NCBI RefSeq assembly: GCF_035594765.1
Contig: NC_085842.1
Coordinates: forward strand, 260,137,749-260,201,748
Source of the DNA: Anolis carolinensis
Taxonomy: Eukaryota
Direction: 5' to 3'
DNA: 64,000 nt
In this document: one piece after another, positions 50,648 through 64,000 of the stretch
Position numbering within the stretch: position 1 is the stretch's first letter
Layout of the letters: every line of letters begins with the position of its first letter
Position numbers and translations under genes: made by a program
Notes under the pieces: model-generated
Databases searched by the model: none
Told to the model about the DNA's origin: nothing
The model's input: only the letters and a program-made list of their open reading frames with translations

Positions 50648-52011
50648 GAACAACAATAAAACACTAAGACAAAGGTTTTCCATTATTTGTTTCATTATCA
50701 TATATCTTATTGCATAGTCTTTGTAGAGAAAATAGATACTGGTTCAGACTTCTTTTGCATTTTGTTTGCTTTAATGAAGCTTTCCAAAACCTTGCCTTTG
50801 GGCAATCTTATGTATAATCCCTGAGAGTAGATCAATATTTGTTTTGCTCATGACAAAGTGAAGCTCTGGAAGTCCTTCCAATAAAAGTCAGAGAGAAAGA
50901 CTGGCACAAAGCTTCTTTCTCATTTCACATGCAAAACACTTTGTCTTCATACATCACCAGGGCAGATATCTGGCATCCCAGCTCAATGGGATGTCTGCTC
51001 CAAAATATGTATGTATGTCTGTATCTGAAAGGAGTGAAGGTAATGACTACATTCCTGTAATGTGAGTTTTATTTCCCTTTTACAGTCCTTTTCGGAGAGG
51101 ACCCAAATGTAATTTTGAGGAAGCCCTGAGGTTAAGGACTGTCCTTCCGTTACAGACTGTATGCGTCACAGGATTCCTTTAAGTCATCAAAACTTGGTGG
51201 AGGTTATTCTACAGTTGTACTGACTCTCATGTTATGGAGAAGTGATATAATTAGGAGATTAGTAGACACTTTTATCTTCTGAACTTGTCCATGTTGTTAC
51301 AATACTAGCCCTCATCTTGCTTGCAAGGAGGTGGTGGATTTTGTGGCAAAATGTTTTGGTGGAATATCTGCAGATAGTTCCAGTTCTTATGATATTCTGC
51401 TTTATGTCTAAGGGTGGCTGGAAGACAGTTACTCAAAAATGGTAAGTTCTCCAGTAGGTAGGCATGGAAGAAAAATGAAGCCAAAGCTCTAAATAAAAAG
51501 CAAATGATACACTGCAGCATTTTGATTTTTTAAAAATGTACCATAACTTCCAGAATTGTTCAGCTGGTCAAAAGAGGAACCTTTTCAACCCCTGCTCCAG
51601 GGCAAATCTTATTGTGAATAAAATAAGGCATAGTAGCTATATGGTTGCTGGCAATCTAACTCCTTTCCTAACCGCTGGACAATCCCATTGGTCGGGCATC
51701 AGAATTTGGGATGGGGTTCAGCCATGCTTCTCACTTGAGAAGCATGCCAGATGACTTGTGAGACTGTTTTCATAACTGCATAGTGGACATAGATACACTA
51801 TGAAGCTGCATAAACCAGGGACTGTGCAGTAATATAATTAATATGGTAGGGCCCACAAATATTAGATATGCTAATTTTTAGGCACATGGTGAAGACATAC
51901 TTATTATTGCTACAAGGCATTTGTAAACGTCACCTAGTGTAGTTCAACTTACCATAAACTTTATGGATAATTATGATAATGTCTGTTGTATGATTTCTGT
52001 ACACTGCTTTG

Positions 52012-52250
52012 AAATATATACCCTTGTATCCATGGGAGACACATTCCAAGACCCCATCCCATGGATACCTGAAATCATGGACAACAGAGAATCCTACATA
52101 TAAACTATACTTGGGCCATAAGTATACCATAGAATTGCACTGGAGAATCTAGGGAGGACCACAAACACTTCTGGGGCAGGGAGATTTTTTTGTAGCATGG
52201 ATAAGTGGAAATGTGGGTATCTAATCTGTGGATAAGAGTGTTGTATTGTA
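52012..52250. mobile_element. Old pogo/Tigger-like MITE
   Basis: cccttgtatccatggg...catggatacctgaaatcatgga...gtggataagagtgttgtattgta. Confidence 0.55.
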
Positions 52251-54013
52251 CTCACGGCACAAAAAGTAGGTGATGGTTACATCATCATATGGCATAGGAT
52301 TGCTAGTCAAGTGTGGCAAATTCTAAACATGAAGACCTATTCCAGATGGAGTGGATCCATTGAACTGATTACCGACTAGTACAAAAACACTTAGGTATAC
52401 CCTATTCATCCATTGGGTATATTCTAGTTGGATTGCACATTTGGGTTTAGACCTATTACCTTGCTAAGAAGAGTAAGTATGGTGAATGTATGGTAAGCAT
52501 GACGAATGTATGTATAGAATTACCAAGGCAGTTAGAACTGGTGTTACCCTAACAAATGATAATGAACAACAAGTTAGACAGTTATTATGGCAGTATTTTA
52601 TTCTGTTAGTTTCTCAAGGTCAAATTATTGTGCCACAGTACCCTCCTACGGTCAAGCTACCATAGCAGAAACCCATCTGCAAAAGTGATTATTGTTCCAT
52701 CAGTCATTCATTTATGCCACTATGACAACAGAGGCAATGCAGCATGTCAGAGGAATATTGTATAATAAAGTGCTTTGCCCTTTTATTTAACACTGATATA
52801 AGGCCGACACTGACATGGATTCAACCATGGCAAATGCACTTTTCTTAATCTTTATCTTTTTCACCTGTATGATAACAGAAGTACCCTTTAAAGCTGGGGG
52901 GTGGGATGCTGGTTCTTCAGGTGTGTTGATGTCATCTCCCAAAATCCGCAACCAACACGGTCACTGAAGGAGCTTTGTGGAACATGGAGTCCAGGACATC
53001 TGGTGGGCCAAAAGTTCTCCAACCTATTTTTATGTGATTAGTCAGTGTCAACTAAGCATCCGTTTGAGTTATTGGCAATGCACTTGCTGGGTGGCCTTTG
53101 GTATGCAACTGCTTCTCAGTCCCTGGAGGCTTCTTGCAATAATGATTACAAAGTTCTTTGAGCATTTTAAATATATGCTGTAGAAGTGCCAAGCTGCATT
53201 CAAAAGGGAAAGCATGCTGATTTCAAAGGAGCACTTTTCTGATGTTTTGATCTTCTGTTATAATTGTATGCTTTTACAAATTAATAGCCTGCATACAGAA
53301 CACTGGTTCTGTCATTTTCACTTGAAATCCACCAGCCGCTTACATCAGAGTAGACCTGTTCTTGTCTTCTGAATTGCCCTGGGATGAATAGCGGTGCCCT
53401 CTTTTGTTCAAGTAACTCTGATTGACAGAGGTGTTTATGTCTGGAGGCTTTCCTGCCAGTGGTAGCACACACACACAAGATTGCAAACATGCTCTAAATT
53501 TTGTCACATTAAAAATGTTGGAAGGCAGATTTGTTTACTCATGCCAGATGCTTTGCAAATCTGAGGGAGCTGATAACTGGCAGAGCATCACTGTCACAAA
53601 TCGGGAGGGAGGAGGCAAGCTAGGCATTTCGTTTTCTAAGTGCAGAAGAAAGGCATAACAATGCCATAAGGTCAGCCTGTCTTGTCATTTTAGCAGCTAA
53701 CAATATGTGTGACTGGTTCCAGTTTGCATGCCTCAATCTAGAAAGCTAGACAGTTTAAAAAAATGGAAACACAAACCCTTTGGTTATTAGGTTTAGGATT
53801 ACATTTCTGTGCATGTAAAGTTATTAAATTTACGGAGACTGACAGTTTTCAAATTTCTTATTTGTTTTCATCGTGATCTGAAGAAAATAATAAAGAATTC
53901 TTTTTTCAAACATTCAGAGTATTACACATATCTTTCCATCCTGAAAAAAGACCCCTGCGTGAATATGTTATATTAGAAGTTAGCCTTAGAGATTTTGGTC
54001 TGCATAAGACCTA

Positions 54014-54215
54014 GAGTGCATCTACATCCTATAATTAATGCAGTTTGACACCACTTTAACTGCCATGGCTTAGTGCTGTGGAATCCTGAACTTGGTGAGA
54101 CACCAATGCTCCTTGGCAGAGAAGGCTAAAACTACAACTTCTAGGATTCAATAGCATTGAGCCATGGCAGTTGAAGTGGTGTCAAATTGCATTAATTCCA
54201 AGTGTAGATGCATCC
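54014..54215. mobile_element. Family-A Harbinger-like MITE, intact
   Basis: gagtgcatctaca...tgtagatgcatcc with long internal palindrome; cta/tta flanks. Confidence 0.87.
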
Positions 54216-54601
54216 TTAGTGACTTTGCAGCAGAGGTGCAATTTCAAGCTGAAACATCATCTTGAGATCAGGGTCTTAGCCAATGTACAATACAAAATAA
54301 TGTTACAGGTTTATCCATCAGAGTGGTATAAATATGTGATTCTCCTGAATGCTGATGTCTGCATAATGAAGAATAGACCAAATGCTGATGCATCCGCTAT
54401 GCAATTCTTTAGTTTATGACAGAACTGAGAACATCACCTGCTGTTGCCCTCTGTAACTTAGCCAACCTGCACCTGGATTTTAAGGTCAAGGCAATGGTAT
54501 TAACAGAAATCATTGGGGATTAAGTCAAAGTATTAAAAAGTGAGCAGCAGTTTTCAGATGTAATTTTCACAAAACCATCCTGATCCATGCACACCCTACA
54601 T

Positions 54602-55345
54602 CAGCATTTCTCAACCTGGGGGTCAGGACTCCTGGGGGGATTGTGAAGGGGGTATCAGAAGGGGTCTTAGGAACCCCTTTGACAGAGAAAGCTGAAGATC
54701 TCTCCACCTGTCATGGGGGTTCTGTGTGGGAAGTTTGGTCCAGTTCTATTGTTGGTGAGGTTCAGAATGCTCTGTAGGTGAACTATAAATCCCAGCAACT
54801 ACAACTCCCAAATATCAAGGTCTATTTCCCCCAAATTCCACCAGTGTTCACATTTGGGCGTATTGAGTATTCATACCAAGTCTGGTCCAGATCCATCATT
54901 GCTTGAGTCCACAGTTCTCTCTGGATGTAGGTAATCTACAACTCCAAAACTCAAGGTCACTGCCCACCAAACCCTTCCAGTATTTTCCGTTGGTCATGGA
55001 AGTTCTGTGTTCCAAGTTTGGTTAATTCCATCATTGGTGGAGTTCAGAATGCTCTTTGATTGTAGGTTAACTATAAATCCCAGAAACTACAACTCCCAAA
55101 TGACAAAATCAATCTCCCCTCCAACTCCACCAGTAATCAAATTTGGGCGTATCAGATATTTGTGCCAAATTTGGTCCAGCAAATGAAAATACACTTTGCA
55201 TGTCAGATATTTACATTACAATTCATAACAGTAGCAAAATTACAGTTATGGAGTAGCAACGAAAATAATTTTATGGTTGGGGGGTCACCACAACATGAGG
55301 AACCGTATTAAGGGGTCGCGGCATTAGGAAGGTTGAGAACCATTG
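54602..55345 (+). mobile_element. SPIN-derived non-autonomous hAT with expanded interior
   Basis: 55204-55345 matches the SPIN/URR1 3' end as recalled (cataacagtagcaaaattacagttatg...cattaggaaggttgagaacca). Perfect TSD ccctacat at 54594-54601 and 55346-55353. Confidence 0.9.
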
Positions 55346-58300
55346 CCCTACATTATTTCCCAATAGTAGATAAGTTGAGAAGCATAGAGATAATAATTTA
55401 TGTTATACATTACTTGTCTCTCTATCGCACATATGGTGAAAACACTGCCAATTTTAATATTCCTTGTGTTTACCTTTTATTACAACTGTGACTCTTAACA
55501 GATTTCTGAAAATGGTGCATTTCAAGGGGATTATAAAACCAAAGTGCACTTCAAGCCAAGGGCAGCCTGCAAGTGTATTGACTATCCAAGCACTCATGTG
55601 TAGCAGAAAATTCCTCTTTTCAGAGCTGCAAAGTAAAATGCCTGGTTAGCCTTGAATTGCCACGGGCCTTTTATTGCATAAGTATTTGTATCTTAATAGG
55701 TGTCGTGGTTGCATAACAAAACAGTCTTGTCTCTGGGCAAGAGAATCAGCAACAGAAGCAAGCTGTAGAAAGGCTGCTATGTTTTAACAGGTGTATCAAG
55801 TTTAACATTTTTCCTGCATTTCATTCTTGTTAGGTCACTTACTGCCCTGGTAAGAATGCCATAATGCTTTCTATGCATGCACACTTTTTTTCTCTCCCTG
55901 AAGTGCAAGGTCATGCTTTATTGTTAGTTGTTTCTTAATTGAGAAAAACTGCAGTAGGGATTTACCACAACTGCAGTAAGTATCTTTATTAATAGTAAAT
56001 GTCATGCTCGCTCTCCGGTTGTGTGTGTGTGTGAGAGAGAGAGAGGGGGGGGATGAGCCTAGAAACAGGGAAATAAAAAGGAGTGCAATAACAGATTTAG
56101 GAATCATGAACCAAGAAGGTTTAGCTTCTACTAAAGGATATCAACAAATAGATGTTAATAGAAGATGACAGGAGGAAACTATTGTGATAGTTTGATGCAG
56201 TAACAAGGAGAAGAAACCAACACTGGGAAATTTGAAATCAACCAAAGAGCAAATGAAGATATGGGCATAATTGCACACTTGCCGTTATCTCATGTCATTC
56301 CTGCAGTATTGGATAGAAGCAACGTACTGTCACAATGATGGGAGGGTTCACACAACTGCTGATATTGCATGATTGTGATGCCAGGATATCACAAACTTCT
56401 GAGCGGGCAACATAACTCTGCCTTCTTTCTGTACCGCTTTCCCTCCCTGCTTTGAACCTTGAGAAGAGGCGGGTAAGAAATCAAATTTGTCGTCGCTGTT
56501 GTGCATTGCCGCTATCCCACATTGTAGGAACAGCAAGCACTTCACAATTGTAAAAAACTGCAAACCTAGTGGGTTGAGAAAATTTTAAAATGTTTTTCCA
56601 GTGGAGACCATGGAGATGAAGCATCAGACTCACCATACCAAGTAAATATTGAGACTGTGGTGCAATCAGGAGCCTTTGACAGGCTTTGCTCATCACTTTT
56701 CTCTGGCGGCTTCATTTAGGGGAGATAGCAGACTTACAATGAGTATCACATGACACCTTACAACAGAGACAGTCACCAAAGGTGGTGGTCTTGCTACTAT
56801 CCCTGTTCTCCATCTCTGTGTGATAAAATCCTCAATACCTTTAATTCCTCATTGCAGAACTAAGGGTGCATTGAAACAAACATATTCTTAATGTTTCAGA
56901 AGCCCTGAAGAGCTTCCATACTGTTTTGCCTGCCCACACTGATGAGACTGATGGTACAGTTGCATTTCATCACCAAAGAATACCACCAATCAAGGCTTAA
57001 AACCTGGAAGGTTGCTTGAAAAATACTGAAATGGAACAGGTTAATAACAATATATGGTGATATTCTCATTCAGTAAAACCATGAGTGAACTGTGGTTGGT
57101 TATTCAAGAAAAGAAGGGCTAGTGAGAATCCATCTTGAGAGTCCTCTCCAAACTAGATATGATAAGATGTACTTCTTTGGTTTGATCCAGGATTTGTGGG
57201 TGAGGATTAGACGTAGACTGCTGAACATTTACAGAGATCATACCATATAGATCGGCATTACTTCCTTGTATGGAAAAGCAATAGCAGATGGTGTCAAAAA
57301 GTGCCAGATTGGATGTACACACTTAGCCTACCATCCTGCTAGCACTGTACACATGTGTAAGTGTAGCTTAGACATACAGAAGTACTTTTGTGGGTGGGAT
57401 ACAGAGGGCTACTTATTTTTCCTATTCAAACACCTCCCATTGCCAACAGCTGTCAAACCCCAGGAGGGACCCCTGCAGCTGTTGCTTAGTGATGGAGAAG
57501 AGAGGGAGGAGGCAGCAATTCATGAAGATCTGAATCAGTCATAGTATGAGGGAACCATTGTGAAAAAAAATCATTTCAGAATACACCCTCTTGTCTTTCC
57601 TCCATGACTGAGCTGAGACCAGTTGCTGCTTTATGATCTGGATCATCTGCTTTTTCCCTTCCTCACCACCTGGTGGGCCATGGCTGGGGGAGAGAAGTGA
57701 ACTTTTCTAGGAGAACGAAGGGATCCTGTCCAACATAGTCCATACTACCACAGATTGAAGGTTTCTGGAAGTGGTGGTGGTGGAGAATGCCAAGCGTGAA
57801 CCTAAGAAGCAGGTTACACAGGAATTGTAAGAGATGTGCAATGGGCAATAGTCTGAAATGACCCAGAAACTAAGTTTTGTGGAAGAAGCTAAGAAGCAGG
57901 ACTGAAACGCAGGATCCTGGATCAGGATAAGCGGCAAAACCAATTCAAAAGGCTCTAAAATGCAGGAAGACTCAGTTGTCAGAATCTGATGCAAACGTTT
58001 ATGGTAGAAAATCTACAGATTTACAGAAGTTTTTGGACTCCCTTCAGCTCTTGTCAAAATAACCAGTGGGCAGCCTTTACTTCTAAAGGTTGCCCACACT
58101 ACCTAACATTATATAGGTTTTGATTTTATGCACTTTTTAAACCACAATGTCACTGTTGTCAGAATACTTGGCTCCTTTTGTCTGTTCTGATAATATGCTG
58201 TGATTTAATTGTTACAGGCTATTAGAGTATGCTATCAGCCTTTGTGTATCGCATCTCTACAATTCACCATGAAAAAGTGACATCATATTTTGGATAATGT

Positions 58301-61015
58301 ATTTGACTTTTAAACCATGGTGCTTTACTTCATGGCTTTCAACAGTGGTCGAGACTACTCATTCTATGTATGTCTTTTGAACACATTAAAACCACAGACA
58401 ACCTCGTGTACTCATTATTTCCTTCTGGTTTGGGGGAGAGTTTAAGCCCCACAATAGTCTCCGTGCACCAAAGCTTCACCTCATGTTATGTTGCAGCTTT
58501 GCTATTGTGTCTGGAATTCAACATTTCCTCCCTTCGCTTTCCCCCACCCCTGTCCGCTTCCCCAGCTGCAGATATAACGAACCTAGAAGGAAGGAATTAT
58601 TGGAAAGTATAAACTCTGGAGGAAACAATCTGCTCTACCAGAGCTGTTTTTGACAGACCATTAAACAAATTGACATCACATATGAATAACCCAGAACAAT
58701 GCCCAGATGGTGTGGGAACTGTAATTAACCAAGAGCAATTCAGCCAATCTCAACTGTGTGAATAGCAAACTTGAAAGAATTAAACTGCATTGTGGGTGGT
58801 TGCGGTATGGAGGGGCGGAGAGTAAGATCCTGATAATCCTACATACATGGGATTGCTGCCATGAAATGAAGATCTTGTAGTGATGACAAGTCCTCAATTT
58901 ATTAAAGGCCAGTTTATAATTATCTGTTTCTGCACCAGTGGTCTCATACCTCTGACATATTTGTACAGTTTGGTCTTTTCTCTTGTTGCCAACCTTTAAA
59001 AAGGTAGAGAAATATTGAGTGGTAAAAAGCTACTAAGAAGGGTTATTGGTTGATGTGTGGCTTTGGTATTTAGGCAGACCCACAGGCTCTGTTAAGCTCC
59101 TCTTGAAATGCTGTCACAATGTAATTTGCTTGCTGCCTCATTCCATTTCTAAGCTTGTTGGTTTATTCTATTTAGATTGTTCTGTGTTAGAGTTATTACT
59201 AGCAATATCCCTGAAGATTCAAGGTAGATATCACTTTTTATAAGATGCCACTTTGTAACTTTTTAAAAAGACACATTTATGATGGGTATAAACTTAAAAT
59301 ATTAATGTTTCAACTTTACATTTCATAGTAGTATTTTGCTTATTCTTGATCCACAAAGGCCTGTCAAAATAGTTCTTTTAAAAAAAGGTTTGCATGTTAA
59401 CTAAAATGGTGGTTCCCAAGTTTAATCCTCTAGCCTTTTAGACTCCCAGAAGCACTAGTAGCCGGTGATTAGTGGTCATAAACTGGGAGCTGAATTTCTA
59501 AATGTATTATTTGCAAAGATCCATTGCTTCGTCCAGGCTGGGCTTGTAAGATGTCTTGGACTAAATATAGATAATCCTAAATATAGATGGGAAAGAAACT
59601 ACAGAACAATAAGGCCTGTATCTTTTAAGTATCTGAATAGCCTACAGTCTTACATCTGAGAACTCAGGACTTGAAATGTAACACAAAACATCTTCATGGT
59701 TAAAAGCTGAGAACCTCTGATATAGAGCAGCCTACCCCAGCTTGATGCCCATCAGATCTGCAACTCTCATCATCTCCCAGGATTGGAGGATTGTGGGAAT
59801 TGTGTTTCAACATATCTGGAGGAGACCACATTGGGGACAGTTGCTCTACAAGTTCAGCGGTACAAGAATTCCAAGTTTAGAAAATGATGTGTGACTTATC
59901 CTACCTGAAATACATGGGTCACAATGAAGAGTTTGTACATGCAGAGAGACTACCTTCAAACGAATTCAGGAAATGTGTCATAAGTTCTGTGATGTATATG
60001 TGTGTGTGAAAAAATTGTCTTCCAGTATAGCTTTTATGTTTCCTATTGCAATCCTTTATGCATCAAGGCTGCTGGTTAGCTTTGGAAATTTCTCTATTCT
60101 ATATAGTATAACCATAGCCAATGAGTTCCTGCTTTGTGATTGCATAGGGTGCCAGTAGGGTTATAGTTTTGGACTGGGACTTGTGTAGGAAAGCCAGCCA
60201 GGTGCATCGTAGTTCAAACCATTGGCATTTCCTCGCCTGAGCTGCATGGTGAATGCCTTGTCACCTTCCCAATGTTTCTTTTGGAGTTATACGAATATGT
60301 AACTGCCCAGTTTTTCAATTCAGCCTGTAAATGTGAAAGTCAAACTGAGGTCAAACTTAGAGGAAAAGATGCACTATAGTAAATCAATGTGACATAGGAT
60401 CGAATTAAGCCTTCCCTCTTTTGGAAAAGCATTGAAAGTGAAGGATCTTTCCTCTGTACAGAGACAGGTCACAGTTTCAGTAGACTGCAGATTCTCAAGA
60501 CCTACTCCCTCACTGAAAAACAAAACAAAACAGGAAAGCAGCCTCCCAGACTCCTGGCTTAGCCACCCAGGCATTATATTATTCTGTGGCTTGTCCACTG
60601 ATAACAGAGATACAGCAAGATTCATGATTCAGTGGTGGGTGCTGCTTCCGAAGCTGTGAGATAACAGTTCATTACAAAGTGGAATTGACTTATTGTCAGA
60701 CACAAAGAACCTAGTGCGATTTATCCAAATATTACAGATCCCCTTGTAATTGACAGAAACTTCATCTGGAAAACAGCCAAAAGTTAAATCATGGATTGCT
60801 GAATGGTAGGGGTGTCTGCAGAACAACAAGCAGTGATATATTCATTTTTATATTAACAGCTACAGAAACAACAAGAGCTTGGGCGTGAAGGTAGTTTAAA
60901 TAAGTTCACAGAAGGAAAGCCTTTCATCTCCCTCTTGCCTCTGTAGTTGCTTGTGTTACTCTCCAAAGCCTTTTTGGAGGAGGGAGGGGTCAAGAGCATC
61001 TACCAAACATTAGAC

Positions 61016-61150
61016 CAATGGTTCTCAGCCTGCAGGACCCCAGGTGTTTTGGCTTACAACTCTCAGAAATCCCAACCAGTTTACCAGCTGTTAGGATTTC
61101 TGGGAGCTGAAGGCCAAAACATCCAGGAACCCACAGGTTGAGAACCACTG
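61016..61150. mobile_element. hAT palindromic MITE, ~135 bp
   Basis: Same family as 23844 and 26460; TSD cattagac/tattagac. Confidence 0.9.
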
Positions 61151-61388
61151 TATTAGACAATTTTTCTACTACTCCTCATATACACATACCACAGTAACCT
61201 CTTGCACCCCATGCTATGTTGATCAGAAGAGTCCTTGATCCTATGGGGAATAATTTTGGGAGGAGCAGATAGCTGCAGGAGGAACAGGGGCAAAGACGAG
61301 ACTTGTTTGATCTGTAAATTCTTATCACAGCCCAGTCTTGGACATAGAAGCATGTCCTATTGTATTTAATAAATCTTGTTACTGGGGT

Positions 61389-61608
61389 GGGAGCCTACGT
61401 GGTATAGTGGTTTGAGTCTTGAACTTAGGACACTGTGGGACCTGGGTCCACATGTAAACCAACTAGGTGACCTTGAGCAAATCACTCTTGCAGCCTCAAA
61501 GGAAGGCAAAGGAGAGAAAAAACCCTCTGAACAAATTCTGCCCAGAAAATCTCATGATGGGTCCCTTTTTGGGTCACCATAGATCAGAAATGACTTGAAG
61601 GCACACAA
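61389..61608 (+). mobile_element. Old tRNA/CORE-type SINE with RTE-type tail
   Basis: gtggtatagtggtttgag, ggtgaccttgagcaaatcac, gggtcaccata...gacttgaaggcacacaa. Confidence 0.8.
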
Positions 61609-62317
61609 TGACCATTCATAAGTAGTTGCATATACAATTACATCCTGTAAATATAGTTTATACTTCACTTGTCCAAGCCACCCTATTTTTGCATGGGATC
61701 TCAATTGGATCCTATCGAAGGGATTGGCTAGAATGGCATTTGCTTCTCTTCAGCATTATGAGCACTGCAGTCTATCATTTGTGATAACGTGTTTAATAAT
61801 CAACATAAAAATGACTAACTCTCTTTAAGTCTAAAAAAATAAGTAATCAATTTACTACCTTTAAAACCATGTTAGGGACCTTTTGGCTATCATTATTCTC
61901 TTTCTGTGTTATTGGGAATAGAGATGTTTTATTAGAAGTGCTTTTAACCAATCTTTCCACCATAAAATTTCAAAAATGCTCAGATAAAGCATTGTCAAAC
62001 TTTGGTTTTCCTTTTTTAAGAAATTAAGCAAAGTACAGCAGAATTAGCAGCTCAGACTTCCACATATCTTTTCAGTACTCAAGTGAAGTAAATCTTCCTC
62101 ACGCATAAGTGCACATTGATTTTTGACAGAACTTGGAAAAATGCTTTTAAAAATCTCTACCACTCCACGAATCCTCCTCAGTAATAACCCCCATTGTTTC
62201 TCAGGCTAGCTAAGGAATTGTCAGAGATGTTGGCCAAATAATCATATTTCCAAACTCTGGATTTTAGGGTAAAGCATGCATATCACTAAATGCTGTGAAA
62301 TGGTTGATCTAAATCTA

Positions 62318-62572
62318 TGGTTACTGCTGTCAAATTGACTTCAACTTATGGCAACCCTGTGAATAAGAGAGCCACAAGTCACCTTGTTACAAACAGCCCA
62401 ATGCAGGTATTGCAAACTCAAAGCCGTGGCTTATTTCATTGAGTCATTTCACTGTGAAGTATTCTTCCTTTCCTTACCAATGAGTCACGCCTTCTCATGA
62501 TATATCCAAAGTACAACAGTCTCAGTTCAGTCATCCTGACTTTTAGGAGGAGTTCAGGCTTGGTTTGCTGTA
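62318..62572 (-). mobile_element. RTE-clade LINE 3' fragment, internally deleted
   Basis: KPELLLKVRMTELRLLYFGYIMRRRDSL (RTE ORF C-terminal motif) and 3' end gggttgccataagttgaagtcaatttgac. Confidence 0.8.
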
Positions 62573-63966
62573 ATTTAATAAAGAAACATAGCCTGTCATT
62601 TGACATCTGTATTTCAATGCTCCATTCATTAATGGAAAGTGGGGCACACTTTAGACACCAGAGGACTCCACTGCCCATTTTTAACTCTACGGGTTACACA
62701 GTGTACCATGAAAGTATTATTTCTGTTTATCTGAAGGACAAGTGCATTGCACCCTATGGCATGTAGCAATTCTCAGTGGGAGTGTTGTTTTGTTAAGAAA
62801 GACTGGTGTGGTAAGGTACAATATTTAATGAAGCAAAAGTGAAGAAGTGTATTATATTTTCTCAGTTCAGGTTTTTTTTTCTATTTTATATTGCTTGCCT
62901 TTTTAAAAAAAAACCTGGTATTCTTACTAAAGTGTTGAGATTCATATTTGTATATCTGCAGTATTTGCATTTGAAAGGAAGGGCATAGTAATTTAGAGGG
63001 CAATCTGGAATATAGGAAGGGTAACTAGCACGCAAAAGGATATATATATCTGCAGACTCCCCAAACAAATTGTCTTAGCAAGCAAAACAAAATTTAATTG
63101 AGGTGTCATTGCATATATACGCATGTAGCAAATAATTTTCTCACTCTGTGGTTTTAAATTGTTTAATAACCAAAAAACCACAGTGAGATACTGTGAGATT
63201 CAAAATTAATAGCATTTACAACTCCAAATACACATTTTTGTACTTATATTCTGCTTTTATTATCCTTTCCCATTTTCTGTTCCCCTTTGTAGTATAATCC
63301 TTCAATAAACTCTGCATGTAATGAAATGCTGTTGCTAGCAAATGGATTTCATTATTCAGTTTTACAAGGCAATAAATGGTCATTGGCAGAGAGTGGATTG
63401 AAAATGAAATTAAGACATATTGAGAAGTGTAGTGACTCGTGGATGTGCGCTGAAAGTTTTAAAAGTATGCAATAAATTGAGGAAGAGTCACAGTGCATTG
63501 CCTTACCCCTTTATCTAAAGTTCAGAGTGATTTTTTTATTTTAAGGAATAGGGTGTCTCCCCCAGCACCCACCCCACGGTTGTATAGGCAAGTTATTACC
63601 GTATATAGATAGGCTCAGAAGCTAGTCTTTTCAGTCACTTTCAGACCAACTGAGCTGAAAATGTTTTATGCTCCAGAAGCCAACTTTCCAGGAAACATAA
63701 GCAAAAAACAAATTGAATTCCTTTTCGTTAGTGATGAAAATGGACTATAGATGTGTGTATTAAAAGACTATCCAATAAATATCTGATGGCAAGCATAGCT
63801 AAACAGTAAAGAAATGACACTTTCTTTTCTTAAGGAAATATTGAAGTAAAACCAGCACTAGTGCTCAACTGCAAGAAAAGAACCATACTCTGTCTAAATT
63901 TGACAGGGGCAGTCCAAATTAATCTTCTGCTGTTCTGCATTTTGCGTAGTTTTTAAAATATCCCAG

Positions 63967-63998
63967 TTTTCTCTCCTCCTTCTTGTCCTTTCTTCCAG
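63967..63998 (+). other. Candidate 3' splice acceptor at window end
   Basis: About 30-nt polypyrimidine tract ending TTCCAG at 63998; any exon would lie outside the window. Confidence 0.35.
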
Positions 63999-64000
63999 CT

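Noticed and set aside
51086-51130. Possible small exon after ttcccttttacag
   Set aside because: Weak donor (gttaag) and unrecognised peptide.
57710-57990. Purine-rich stretch resembling decayed coding sequence, with repeated ctaagaagcagg
   Set aside because: Multiple stops and no identifiable parent gene.

Overview
Vertebrate (squamate) genomic DNA, AT-rich. The repeat set (Sauria SINEs, CR1 with (ATTCTATG)n tail, Vingi, SPIN- and OC1-like hAT elements) points to an Anolis-like lizard; this is inferred from memory of these families, not a database search. Bases 1-3159 are the 3' half of a young Ty3/Gypsy chromovirus (Sushi-like): end of RT, RNase H, integrase, chromodomain, PPT and a complete 864-bp 3' LTR. 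The pol region has one nonsense codon and one frameshift. The other ~61 kb has no recognisable host coding exon. It reads as intron or intergenic DNA with many SINEs, LINE fragments and hAT, Tc1-pogo and PIF-Harbinger MITEs, plus repeat-poor stretches. Most notable: (1) the integrase frame runs ~92 codons into the LTR and ends in an HMGN-like RRSLRLAAK motif, and the LTR carries this as its own ATG-initiated ORF; (2) a 42-bp inverted duplication with a third copy of a SINE target site; (3) two different hAT MITEs inserted at mirror positions in the two TIRs of one host MITE; (4) a G-U-rich hairpin just after a strong splice acceptor; (5) a short unique segment repeated 4.5 kb apart and joined to broken MITE halves.
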